The notes below the pieces were generated by a model. That model was not told the origin of the DNA. It was given only the letters and a program-made list of their open reading frames with translations, and did not search any database. The position numbers and the translations under genes were made by a program. Positions 24,159 through 37,744 of a DNA stretch of 64,000 nucleotides are shown here, one piece after another; position 1 is the first letter of the stretch, and the number at the start of each line of letters is the position of its first letter. The DNA comes from Felis catus (taxonomy: Eukaryota): the NCBI RefSeq assembly GCF_018350175.1, contig NC_058368.1, positions 193,504,001 through 193,568,000 of the forward strand. Reading direction: 5' to 3'.

Positions 24159-25287
24159 ATGCATGCGCATGACAGAGAGACAGAGAGAGAACCTCTTCTT
24201 TATATCAGGTTTTTTGTGCATGCCTATTTCCTCTATAAGAAACTGAGCCCCTTCAGGGGAGAATCAATGCCTAATGCATTTTATTTTCCTCAATTCCTAC
24301 TATAATGTCTTACATTGGCAAATGGATTTTATCTGTTGCATCAACTTCAACTCTGACCAATTTGTAGTAGCTGCCTGTAATGCTATGGTGAGAAAGAATT
24401 AAAAAAAAAAAAAAGAAAGAATTTAAGGCCCTGTCTACACTCAGTGGGAAAGAATTCTGAATCAGTAAATTCTGTCTTCTAGGGTCTGGAAGGGGGTAGT
24501 AATGGTACATGTGCTCCATAGAAGGCAGTAATAATAGAGTTTTGAATGAATGAACAAATGAATGAATCTTAACCATTGATCTTGACCATCTGAGTGGAGA
24601 ACAGCAATCTGGCTGACTTCAGCCGTCTTCAACCTAGTCAGAGGAAGCAGTGTTCACAAAGTCGGCACCAAAAAGCTTATGATTAGCAATATTAGAAAAG
24701 AATCAAAAGTGAAAATGCAGATACATGTTGATGCCTGCATGTCTTAAAGGGAAGGCATACGGGAAAATGGAGAAGCCACAGTCAGATTTGTAACATCAAC
24801 CAGACAAATGAAGACAGCGGCCATTTAACTGAGCACAGAGGGGATGCAGGAGGCAAACTCTGAACTCTCCACCTCATCAAAACACATGCCCCACCCTTCA
24901 GTGCCTGCTCAACCTCCGCAGAGGAATCTTCCTTATTGCCCACAGCCACTTTCTGCCTCAGAAACCTTAGCTCTTAACCCCCAATCATAAACTTCACCGT
25001 GGCACTTTTTGCGTTGGACTCTTTCACTGCTAGTTCTCTTTTCTGTGTCCCTATGTGTCTTGAAAGGGGGAAAGCTCACTGAGTTTTGGAGTCTCCAAAG
25101 CTGACTTCAAATACTAGGTCAGCCCTTCTCCACCACAGAATATGGGGAAGACACTCCTGCCCAGTCTCAATAGCATCATCTACAAATTAGGGATAATAAC
25201 TTTCTAGGATTGTCCGAAAACTCAAAGACAACATAGGTGAAGTATCTGTCACATGGTAGATATTTGAAATAAACTTTTTCTATCTCA

Positions 25288-25512
25288 GGGGCGCCTGGGT
25301 GGCTCAGTGGGTTAAGCATCTGACTTTGGCTCGGGTCATGATCTCGTGGTCCGTGAGTTCCAGCCCTGTGTCGGGCTCTGGGCTGACAGCTCAGAACCTG
25401 GAGCCTGCTTTGGATTCTGTGTCTCCCCCTCTCTCTCTGCCCCCCCCCCCCACTCGCACTCTGTCTCTCTCTCTCTCTCAAAAGTAAATAAACATTAAAA
25501 AAAATTTTTTTT
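25288..25512 (+). mobile_element. Can-SINE (SINEC_Fc type)
   Basis: ggggcgcctgggtggctcagtgggttaag head; TSD aacttt(t/g)tctatctca at 25272-25287 and 25513-25528. Confidence 0.95.
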
Positions 25513-26559
25513 AACTTTGTCTATCTCAGCTCCAGCCCTCCATTCTTTTAATTATTACTACATACAGGTTTTTTTAGAGCAGAATTCACATATCTTTTGT
25601 GTCCTCTATTACTAGTTATAGAGTGAAGAACAGATATTATTTGAATGAAACAATGAAATGACAGGTGCGGAAGGATATAAATTATATATGAGCACCTCAG
25701 CTTGCTCACAGGCCTCAGCAAGCTGCGTAATTTTGTTACAGTGCTTTATGTACAACAGGGAGTGGTGAGGACTTTGGTAAACGTGAGAGTTTATGCCTTA
25801 TACTTAAGTTGGACAGCGCTTCTCAGCTCTAGACCATAGAAGCTGAGAAGGAATGTAGGTCTGGGGTTGCCCAATGGTCTAAATTTTTTAGAAAAGACAG
25901 AAATCTGGATTTTTATACCACATTTTAAAGATCCCTATGAAGGTCAATCAAAACAACTCAATTGACTATCAGTCTACAATTCTAAAAATGATGAGGGACC
26001 CTTAGGCAAGAGTTAAGATGCTGTCCGTCTACTACCCATGCCTAAAGTCTGGTTAGATCCCCGTGGGCTTCATGAATGGGTCTATAAAAGAGGGAAACCT
26101 ACCATAATTAGGCAACTAGCCCCCACCTGCTTGCCATTCAGGCTCTCAGCATCTTTATGCTATATGATTCCCTGACTCCTAGAGACACTTGTTCATTTGT
26201 GTCAGAGGTACAGACCTTTGCCAGGTGTTCTCAGCAACATCAAACAATAGATATTTGTGATCTTTCTGGACAGTGATTCACATTCTGGTGTTACAGCTGA
26301 TCTATAAACATATCAAGGCAAGAATGCAGGACAAACCAACTGGGGCATAAAAACAATGCCTCCAGGAGCCAACTAGGTAAATAAAACAAGACAAACGGGC
26401 TGGTTGGGAAAGAAACCATCTAGATGGATGGTGGGAATACTCCCATCTCAATCCCAGCAAATTGGAGTTACATAGATGTGAGATCTAATACTGCTACATC
26501 GTTTAAAATTTCAAAGAGCCTAAGATACCCAAATTTTGATGTGAAATTCCATGATTCTT

Positions 26560-26770
26560 TTTTTTTTTAATGGTTATTTATTTTTGAGACAGAGAGAGAC
26601 AGAGCATGAGCAGGGGAGGGGAGAGAGAGAGGGAGACACGGAATCCGAAGCAGGCTCCAGGCTCCGAGCTGTCAGCCTAGAGCCCGACGCGGGGCTCGAA
26701 CTCATGGACCGCGAGATCATGACCGGAGCCAAAGTCAGACGCTCCACCGACTGAGCCACCCACGTGCCCC
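26560..26770 (-). mobile_element. Can-SINE (SINEC_Fc type), CpG-rich
   Basis: Perfect 17-bp TSD gaaattccatgattctt (26543-26559, 26771-26787); intact ggggctcgaactc B-box. Confidence 0.96.
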
Positions 26771-27277
26771 GAAATTCCATGATTCTTAAATGTTGTGCTG
26801 AACCTAGCTTATGGATGCCATTTGGGGTCCCTTCTGCAGTATTTGAGAAATGGCACATGAGAGGCCCAGCCTGGAATATCTCAAGAGGACAGAACAAGAG
26901 AGTAACAAAGTCAAGTATCCTCTTTACTCTTGCACGTCATTCCCTCTGCCCAGAACACACTTGCCTCATCCCTTTCTTGCCCTCTCACCTTGTGAGAAAG
27001 CTTCTATGTATCATTGAGACTCACTTCAACCACCACTATCTGAGAGTCCACCCCCACCCTTTAAGGCATCTCGGACACTTCCCACAAATTGCTGCTCCAA
27101 AACAACAGTACATTTTAATTTTCTCTTTACAGGACAGCCTCACGAGGGATAACGTCCTACAGCGCAAGGAACATGTCTTACTGTTGTCTGCAATTTTAGT
27201 GCTTAACACCATGTCTGGGTTTGATTAAGGACTCAAAAATGCTTGCTAAGGGAACGGAGGGCTTTTTAGATTCAAGA

Positions 27278-27440
27278 ATTGCTCAAAGTGTGATTCCCAT
27301 ACTAACTAATATGGAGCCCACCCCCCAGGGCCAGCTCTGGAATATTCTTACTCAAGAAGTCTAAGAATCCACCCCTAAGTCTTGCTTTAAATAAGCTGTC
27401 TCGGTGAATTTTATATGCACTGAAGTTTGAGGTCCTCCTG
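27278..27440. mobile_element. Degenerate MER5-family MITE
   Basis: ttgctcaaagtgtgattcc...ttaaataagct...ggtgaattttatatgcactgaagtttgag. Confidence 0.55.
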
Positions 27441-28994
27441 GCTAAACTGTAACCGTAACTGTAAGGAAAGAGGCTGCGTCTTCTTTGTTGGCCATTATAT
27501 TCCCAGCACCTGGTACAGCATTTGGCATGAAGTAAGCATTGAGCATTTGTATATGGAGGGAACGAACGGATGCATGAGTGAAAACTTAAGGATTAAGTTA
27601 TAACTGCTCCTCACACCTTCAATGGAAATCCCTATCAGTATCTCTCATCTGCCCATTTATTTATACTTACCACAAAGGCACCGAGATAAGCTGAATATCT
27701 GGTCAATAATGACTATCACTATGGACAGTCTGCTCAACCCATACCCCTCCAGGCTTGGAAGAATATAAGGCCTTTGCCGATTCAATGACTTTATCCCTGA
27801 AGGATTGCAGACAAGCAAAGCAAGGAAACTTGATTACAAAGAAGACACAAACCTCTCATCTTAGCTACTGGGATTAGTAATACTCCTCTTCCATCTTCCC
27901 TGCATCCGCTACCCTACAACCACCACTGTTCTTTTTGATCCTCTCTTGCCAACACATCCAGCGGGCATAGTTCCTATTATACTTCCTCTCCCTTCCCTTC
28001 TCCACCCTCTGGTGGAGGGATAATGAATAGCAAAATGGGCAGGAAAAAAATCAAATGACAGCAAAAATTATGAATAGCAAATATTTAGTTTGTTTTCTGG
28101 ATGTAATTAGACAGTTAATTTAAGGTAACTACTAGTCCAGATTTCCAAATAGCACATGAAATTAAATCCGAATAAAATGCTTTTCTTGGTTTTCCATAAA
28201 TGATTAGTTAATGCAGCCCACCTAAAACCGATCTACTCCCTTTGACGTTTTTTACTCAATTCAAATTGGGGCAGATGTACCATTTTCCCAGACCAATGGA
28301 CCATAGGGAACATAGCCCCAAAATGTTTCCTGGCCTCATATAAAAACTAACAGAGAATCCTCCAGGCAGGCTGGGAATTACAATGCCACCATTGCCACCC
28401 AAATTGCCCAGTACTGGCTCTGATCTTGGAGCTAAAGAGAAAAAAAATAAAGATCTAAGCACAAGATAACATTACTGCTTCTTAGACAATTTCCACAGCA
28501 GCATTCCCCACTGGACTATAAGCTACTTGAAAGCAAGAGCCTTTTATCATCTCAGTTTTCCCAGGATCCATCTCAATTCGTAGCATTGAAAAAACATTTA
28601 AAGAAAGACCAAATTAATAGAAACCTGTGCACTGGTATATGGCAGGAATCAAGTTCAAGAACCAAGATCCATTCACTCCAGATTTACTAACTACAATGGG
28701 TAACACTGTCTGTATCATATTTCAATCTCCCCAATAAATGGCCAACAGCCCTATTACAGATCAAGTCTTAGGTAGCTAACTATACAGAAACACCACCTTT
28801 TGCCTCAGAACATTTCCTCCTTTTTTCTTTTCTTTTTTTTTGTCTTTTATTATCTTGTCCTGTCAGTCAACATCTCTCAACACCAGGACAGCAGTTAACA
28901 TCTCATTCCACCAAGTTCTGCTGTGGACAATTCTCAGCAGTATGAGTGAATACACATGTCACCCATTTATTTTTCCTGATTCCTTAAGCAAGTA

Positions 28995-29190
28995 ATCCTT
29001 CCTGAGTAATGGACCCCTTTGAGAGTATGACAAAAGCTTTGGAGTATGACAAAAGCTATGGAGCCTCTCCTCAGTAAATAAATTAGCATATGCATATAAA
29101 TGCAAACTATTATGCATAATTATAGGTTGTTTTTAGATATGTTGATGCCCACATCCAAATCCGCCTTTCAAAGACCTACTCTAAGACATA
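28995..29190. mobile_element. Old hAT-Charlie type MITE with a small internal tandem duplication
   Basis: ggacccctttgaga...aaagctatggagcctctcctcag...atgcaaactattatgcataatt; unit gagtatgacaaaagct occurs twice; family uncertain. Confidence 0.5.
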
Positions 29191-29977
29191 GTGAAAGGAA
29201 TGGGAGGTTATTTGAAAACCAGATACCTATTCAAGATTATTCTAGCTTTCCAGGGAGATGGTGTCACGGAACAATTAAACTCCGGCTCTTTTTTAAGGGT
29301 AGTAACACAGTAGACAAGATTTTCAACCTCAGCATTATCAAAATGCAGAATTGCTATTTTATTTACTCAATGGGTCACTCTGGTGTAAAATCATAGCTAT
29401 ATTTTGAAGCACTATAAGGTTTCCTCCTTAGGTGCTTTATCAAGCAACTGCCTTAAAAGTCTCTGAAACACCCTTTTGCTTCTTGAGTAATCTAAGCATA
29501 ACTGATCAGGCTACCATAAGGATCAGTGTATCTATCACAGTGCCAGGAACATGGACCTTGGGGTCACAAGACCACCATTTATTTCTTGGGCAACCCTGGG
29601 CAAGTTATATAATTTGGTGCAGCCTCAGTTTTCTAAAAAGAAGATAACATAGTGCCCCCTAAGGCACCTGTGAGGATTAAATGAACTAACACATGAAAAT
29701 TAGTGTACTGCAAGGGCCATAAGTGATGCTCAATGAATGATAATAAATGCCAATAAAATTGTCTATAAAATACTTATAGTTCTTAACATATAGTAAATCC
29801 TCTCTAAATGGAATCTGGAATAATTCTTGGAATTTGAATTAACATTATCTTATGAGTGGTCTTAAGGAGAGCAAGAATTCCAAATTCTCAATATGAGCTT
29901 TCAAGGCACAATGCACATTCAGTTTAAATCATTGAGAGTCCTCCATGAGGGAATGTGGGAAAGAGTTGAAGGAAATA

Positions 29978-30061
29978 GGATCTATGTGTTTGACTATCCA
30001 TAGTTCCATAGAAGATCCTCCATTGGATCTATGTATTTGACTATCCATAGCTCCATAGAAG
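29978..30061. repeat. 37-bp direct duplication (2 mismatches, 10-bp spacer)
   Basis: ggatctatgt(g/a)tttgactatccatag(t/c)tccatagaag at 29978-30014 and 30025-30061. Confidence 0.9.
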
Positions 30062-30964
30062 TCACCAACTCCATAGTGGCACACAAAACCTACAGTGTCA
30101 ATTTAATCCAGTTTTGGGTCTCCAGTTGTTCTTGCCCATTCAGCTCACACCTCCATGCCATAAATCCCTACTTGAGCTTAATCCCTGGAGGGAAAATGTC
30201 TCTGCTGATTCATTTTTATGCTTCTATCTGTCTTCAAATGGCAATCGGGCAACCACACAATCTCCTTTTCAGTCCTAGTTGTCAGAAAAACTCAAAATGG
30301 TCTTTGTTGCCCACATTTTTTGAATGCATTCAACTCATATGTCAGAGACTTCCCTCTTCCTTCTCTTTCTTGAGGTCACCTCTGTTCTGTTTTATGCTCA
30401 GAGGCCATCCAACAAACTATGCCTTAAGCAGGCAATCACTTAAAAGCATTTTGGAAATAGTCAAGGCACCAATTTTAAAATAGTTATTGGTCATTTCCCA
30501 AAATGGGAAACCAGATATACAACTTGTCATATACCCTTTCTAATCAAGCTACAGGTAACATTTTCTCTTTTTAACTTATGCACAGGAAAGGCTTAAGCAT
30601 TTTAAACCACATTTTCCAAGTTCGAATCTTTAATTCTACACCTCTCATAAGTTTCTTACATGTGAAGCTCTCTCAACTGAACAAGAAAACCTCTGCAAGG
30701 TAGGGAAGAGGCAGTCAACCCAAGCTCCGATTGTGCTGGCATTTAAAGTTAGCTGACAGTGAGAAAGCAGACCCATTTTCTAAAGCATTCCAGGATCTAA
30801 AATACCAACTGATGGAATCTTTCAAAAGGCCCCGTTTTCTTGGAGGGCTTTCTCTTAGGAAGACGAATGACAACTCAAGTGGTTTTTGTGACACCGCCAC
30901 CTACTCACAGGCCCTCCTTTCATTGGCTAATCGCAGAAAGAAATGTCAGAAATAGAAGCAATTA

Positions 30965-31153
<189 letters not shown>

Positions 31154-32736
31154 TTAATCCCCCAAGAGCCCACCCCAGATGGGCCCTTTTCTTCTCCCCG
31201 TGCCAAACCCACTAGTTGTAGCCTTTAGTCTTGGGGATATGAGTTCAAATAGACTCAGCTAGACTTTGAGGCTTAAACTTCCACTTATGAGTTTTTATGT
31301 GCCAAGGCCTCTAACATCTATCACTCTGCCCAAACATCTGATTGTTTGCTCCTCAACCCAGATCAGGTCAGAGAAAACGGGAGAACTACATTTCTCGTTC
31401 TCCTCCCTTGGGTGACCATCTGGGTGGCCTAAGCTCTTCTGTGCATGTGAACTCTCACTGTGTCTCATGTTCCCTGTATTGGACCCGTTTCTCATTACAG
31501 AGCCTTACAGGCAACAAATGTTGCAGGGTGAAATCTAGTTCTGGGACTCTGTGGGCTTCTCCAACACTCTAACCTTTTGCTTTGACACTTTTGGTCTTTG
31601 ACCTAGCAAGACCTGCATACAGTTTAAGTATTCTATGGCCTCTAAGGTTTATTATTCATTTTCTCTGAAAACCCTGGACTTCTACAAAGAGTATTTTGCT
31701 TCTTCTTTGACACTCATGATCCTAGCTACCTAGGAATGGCTTGTTACATAAGAGATTGCCATTGTGTATATTTGCATGGTAAAACCTTGGACTTCAAAGA
31801 TGTGGGGGCTTAAGAACGTCAAGAGGGTACAAAGAATATTCTATTCTAGTAAAAAGCACAACAAAGGTGCCTATTGAGGCTCTTGTTCCAAGAAGCAAGA
31901 GCACATGCCCTTACCTTTGTATTTACTGTGGACATGTTAATGAATTAAGCTCCATTTCTATGAACTGGAATCAGCTATTTTCAGAGACTAAACTATAATG
32001 AATATTTACATAGAAGTTTATCTCAGCTTCCACAGGAATCACAGCCCCAGCGTAATGTACTTATAACTTCGTCTACAGTGGGTACGTGTTTGTTTTTGAG
32101 AACCAATAAATGGGTTGTAAGGCTTTTATTAGAGATCGTACAAGTAGAATCAAGTACTACCTGATGGCGGTGATATTTTCAGCATTTGTTCTGCAATGTA
32201 ATGTTTTAACCTTTTATTTGAGAACAAATCATGGTCTTATCAGTTGAACAAATAAGTTGGGGTTAAATATAATGAAAAATCTACAGAGATACATGGGCAA
32301 ACATATCATATGCATGTACACAAAACACCTCTGTGCATTTATACCCATAGTGATATATACAAATACATTTGGAGAAAGCAAGTCCACAAATCTCAAGGCA
32401 AGCATTTACAATCGGCAAACTATGGGCAATACGTAGGTACCAATATAAACAATGCTACACATAAGAGCAAGTGATTTACACATGTTCATGTGCCTCCATT
32501 TTAAGGAGTGAAAACAAAAAAACTCCTTCTTGATTTTGATGCCTCACCCTCCCTCCCCCCAGGTGACCACACCCCAAACACATTCCTGCCCCCTTCCTCC
32601 TCCTCTGTAATGAATGAAAGAAGCAGTGGGGTGGGGAGGTAGGCGGCTACAGACTGGGCTGCAAGAGAAGTGTCTCAGGAGGCAGGAAGTTTTGTTTTGC
32701 GTGTAAGGTGTAAGGCACTAACACATATACACAGAC

Positions 32737-32856
32737 ACACTTCAGGATGTAGCTTAACAGGTGTCAGGAAACAAAGCAAGTTACTCCATGGCTGTTCCAG
32801 CCACCCTTGGAGCCAGCATGCTGGAGAGGCCAGAAGAGACTGCTACAGCAGCACAT
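32737..32856 (-). other. Counterpart of the human alternative GRIA1 first coding exon, reading frame disrupted here
   Basis: ATG at 32856 gives MCCCSSLFWPLQHAG..., and a shifted frame gives LEQPWSNLLCFLTPVKLHPEV; together they resemble the human alternative N-terminus as I recall it (MCCSTHLFQPLQLAGGLEWPWSNLLCFLTPVKLHPEVW). Possible weak donor GTCTGT at 32736-32731. Confidence 0.65.
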
Positions 32857-33887
32857 GTGTGCCCAGCAAAACAGGACCTGCAAAACCACCGCCACCAGCA
32901 CCGCCCCCCCCCCCCACACACACACAAACACACACTCACACAAAGAACACAAACTACCAGTCACAGGAACTTTCCCTGGTGGAGCTATGTCCCTATCAGG
33001 GGAGAGAAAACAGAACCCAAGCCAACCAAGATGCCTCCCAGCAAAGCAGCTTGCTCCATTCCGGGACACATCCAGCACTGAAAGGCTGGTCACACTGAAG
33101 CCCCGAGCCCTTGTGGACACGCATTGTTATCGGTGTCATTGCTCTCATTTGTTTTGCTTTCACCCATTATTGTGAGGGGGAGCAATATCTACCAGCTGTT
33201 CCACAAATACAGGGAGGGTGAGGGGTCCTTTAGAAACGCAACAACCAGGAAGGGAAATGGGGAACAAAAAGGCATGCAGCATGTTGAAACCTGCCTCCAA
33301 GTTGAGAGGATAAGAGCCTAGTGACAGGGAGAGCTAAGCGGAGGGAAGGGAACTATGTGTACGTGTGTTTGTGTGTGTGTAAAAGGTAGACAATGTCTGT
33401 GGATGGAAAATCTAAGAGGAGGGGGCAATGGAAGGAAGAAAGGAAGTTCCAGGATCGGAGGAGTGGGGACCACCAGCCCAGCATGGCAGACAACAGACAG
33501 AAGGCAGCTGGGGGAGTCCAGAGCAGGAATTAAAGCCCTCTGGACTTTGAGTGGGGTCTTTTGGCATTATTTCAGCTGCTGCAATAAACCCAGCACCCTT
33601 CACTCCTTCTTTCATAGGGTCTCTTTCCCCTCCCCCAGCCAAGAAATAATCATCCCCTCGGTCATTTAAATACATACATGCATATTTAATAGCTAATCAC
33701 ACAGAAATACACCACACATATTTATATAAATGAATGAAATCAGGCACCATCTATGAAGCAATGGAGTGAACTCCTTTAAACACCCACTACCCTTTTGCTG
33801 GCTATAGCCTGAATTTTCTTTCCTTCAAAGCAGTGGTTCCTCCATTTCACATGCTCATGCATAGAGTGTGAGTGGTGTGTGTGGACC

Positions 33888-33892
<5 letters not shown>

Positions 33893-33929
<37 letters not shown>
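33893..33929. repeat. (TG)n microsatellite in intron 1
   Basis: Pure GT run about 210 bp from the exon 1 donor. Confidence 0.95.
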
Positions 33930-33930
<1 letters not shown>

Positions 33931-34135
33931 ACACTTCCCACTGCCCCTCATCTGATCAAGAGAAGCCCCCTCCCCTGCTGGTGGTCCAAGTCTAGCTTCC
34001 ATTATCACCCAGCTTTCTAACCAAGCACAATCTGTAGCGAGAAGGGGGGGGACACAGGGACACAGACAACACCCCCACCCCCCCAAAAAAAACCTTGCCA
34101 GACCCAGAAAGTCCCTCCCCAGGCTGCCCTTCTCA

Positions 34136-34580
<445 letters not shown>

Positions 34581-37500
34581 AGCAGGCTCAGTGCTAATAC
34601 CCACCGAGTTTCACAGCTGACCTCCTCTCCCTCCCACCCCCAGTCTCCCAGTCCTCACCTTCTCCTCCTTTCTGTGTGTGCGGTTAGGTGGGGGGGAGGG
34701 GGGTATGATACAGGGTGCCTGGTCCTGAAAGGGACAACTCAGTCCCCCTTGCCCCCTTCCCCCTCCCCCGCCTCCCCCAGCTCTCTCTGCCCCCTCCCTC
34801 AGGTCCCAGCCAAGCAGATGCTACTGGAAATGTGGGTTCAGCTGTAAGTCAGTAGGTGGCAGGGGGTCCCCACAATAGTCCTCCATCCACCCGCTGCTTG
34901 ATCTAGGTCACTTTTTCTAGGAGCGCACGGGCTGTGCTGGATATATCTCCTGCACTCCACTGGCCCAATTATTCCTACAACTAATTCCTGAGGGGGAAGA
35001 CCCTAGAAATCCCTCCTAGGAGCTTTAAAGGAAAGTAAAGCCTTTTCCTTCCTAATGGGAGGAATGACAGAAAGGCTAACCAGAGGGTCTGGAATGATTG
35101 ACAGGTGCCTTGACTTGGACATTTGGCAGTCCCTGTCTGCTTTTACAGGCCAAATTGGTGGTCCCTTCTGAATCCCAGGCATTTAAAATGGGCCCCCTTC
35201 CCACTTTCCCTGCATGCCACAGGAGTCTATAGCATCAGAATTGTGTGGGTGTACAATAAAGGCTAAGGATACTTAGAGCAATTACATGAGTCATTTTGCA
35301 GGGATTCTAACTGAGAAGATTCAGGCTTCTTTCAGTTATCTCTGGATGCTGGTCATGCCCAATGTAAACGAGAACTCTGCAGACCCTCCTGGCCTGGAGC
35401 TTCCACTGAAATAACCTGTAGAGAGAACAACTGTGTTCACAGAAATCGTGTGGGTTGCAAAGTGACAGTCACTAACCGCCACAGAGCACTTTGCAGTTTC
35501 TGAAGCAACTTCACGGTGTTTCCTCACTCTCTCCTCACGCCAGCCCTGTGAAGTGGCCACCACCCTTGTCTTACGGATGAAAAACCTGAGGCTCTAGGGA
35601 CTCAATCATAAAAATACAGACCTACAAAGATGGAGTCTGGACCCTCAGGACCAACATATGGTCCTACCTGTGAACTTGAATGTTCTAGGCAATACCAATT
35701 GACCCACAACCCTGGTCAGAACTCCCGCCCAACAGATGATAGATACCATGAGAAAAAGAAAGTCCACCCCTCCACAGCTGGAAAGAAGAACAGACCTGAT
35801 TTGGCTTTGGCATTTGACTAGGCCATTTTATCTCCAAACTCCTCACTTCCTTCACCAAGATTGCTCAGTTATGCACACTAACATGGCAGCTATAAGGGCT
35901 GGGATTTGCAAGAAGTATCTGACCATGTTCAATGGAGCTCCTAAACTAGGGACAAATTGGAGGTCAGATGCTTTATAATCGCCTATGCACTTCCACATAT
36001 ATTAATTAGCTCAAGTGACTTTTAGAGCTAGTGTTTATTCATTTACCACGTGCCAGGTACCACGCGAGGCAATGTGCACACATCACTTACTTGTGCCATA
36101 GCACCTGTGGTAAATAATCTCACCCCCATTTTATAGATAAAGAAACTGAGACCTAATAATTTACCCAAGTTTCCACTACTAACAAGGGAGAGGTTGGGGA
36201 TTTGAACACAGGAAACTCTACCATGAGACCCAAGCTCTTAACCCTCAGGTTCTGATGGCAGAAAGTATGGGGAAAGGACATTCTAGAGGCAGTGTAAGTA
36301 TCAGCTTGAGAAGGTGAGAGAACAGATCAGGAAAGACCACCTCTAAGGTCCCTGCCAACATTAAGAGTCTATGATACAATGATTCCATCTTATAATTTCT
36401 TCATTTGCATTTTTTTGTCTCTTTCTATTTTGAATGGTACCTGGGGATATTTCAAGTTCTCTGAGCTTTGTGCCTGGTAATAATAATAATTAGGCTGTCA
36501 CTGAAAGCTTCACACTTTTCTGTCACCTTTCAGAGGAAGATCTCAAAGTCCTTTACAAGGATTAATTAGCGAAACCTCAACGCCTACCTGTAATAGTTAA
36601 GATTTGTTTTGCTTACTTTGGGGGAAGGGGGCTTGAAGGAGTCAAAGCCATGCATTTTCTAAGATCATTAGAAATCATATAGTCAGACGGGTTTTCCCAA
36701 AATATAGATTTAACCATGTCATTGCTCTCCTCAAATATGGTCAATGGCTCCCCTTGGCCTATTAAATACATAGTTGTTCAATGATTAAATAAACACGGAG
36801 CTTAATATTTCAAACTTGGGCATTTAGGTCAAATTACGCTTAGGTTCAACTGTTTATCTTTGAAATTCTCTTCAAATATTGATGGAGAATCTACTCGGTA
36901 GCAGACAGGGTGTCAGGGGCTGGGGGACATGGAAAGGAATACGACACAGTTTCCTCCTCCAGGCCGGTGAATGTAGCAGAAGAGGAAGATAGACGAATCC
37001 TGCCATCTGTCATCCGAAGCAGATCATGACACGTGCTCTAATAGAGATGTAAACACAACTCTGGGGGAGCAAAGAAGGAAGCAACCAATACATCTGTCCA
37101 TGGGGAGCCAGCAAGGCTTCAAAAGGCAGAAAGTGAGGGCCGGAGAAGACATCCAATCCGAGGGAAGTGCATCAGCACGGGCTGGCGGCCGGAGAGGACA
37201 CTGTGTACTCCAGAAGCCCTGCATCTGTGGTGCAGGCAAGGAAGAAAGAGTGGGGAACATGAAGCAGAGAAGTCACAGTCAATATTTGGAAGCCCCTGAA
37301 TTCCTGGCAGGCAATGGAGAGCAAGGGGACATCTTGAGTACGATAGTTCTGTGACCAGGAGTGTACATGAGAAGGAAGCAACTGGCCTCTCGTGGAAGGT
37401 GATTTCCTCATTTCTTAAGGCTCAAAAGTTGGGACTACACACCATACTTTGCCTCAATAACCTGTTCTGATGTCATCCTTCATTAGTTCATCATGCAGTC

Positions 37501-37744
37501 CCCCTCATTAGTTCCCAGTTCTATTTGCCACCGCCAGTATCAGTCTTGGAAAGCTTGACTGTTCATAGGCTACCGTGACTGAGGGCAACCAAACCCCGTA
37601 CAAATTTGTCACATCGTGTGATTTACATACACTTGTACATCCATCATCTCATTTCACTCCCCCCCAAAACCCACAAGGACTGGAATTAGAACCTACTTTT
37701 ACAGATGAATTAGGACTCAGAGTGCTTGGATGGTTAGCTTAAGA

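Noticed and set aside
30031..30483. 150-aa plus-strand ORF in intron 2
   Set aside because: No recognisable domain, antisense to GRIA1, starts within a tandem duplication; consistent with a chance ORF.
35286..35294. AP-1 site ATGAGTCAT about 1 kb upstream of the start codon
   Set aside because: Several AP-1 heptamers occur across the window, as expected by chance; no supporting context.
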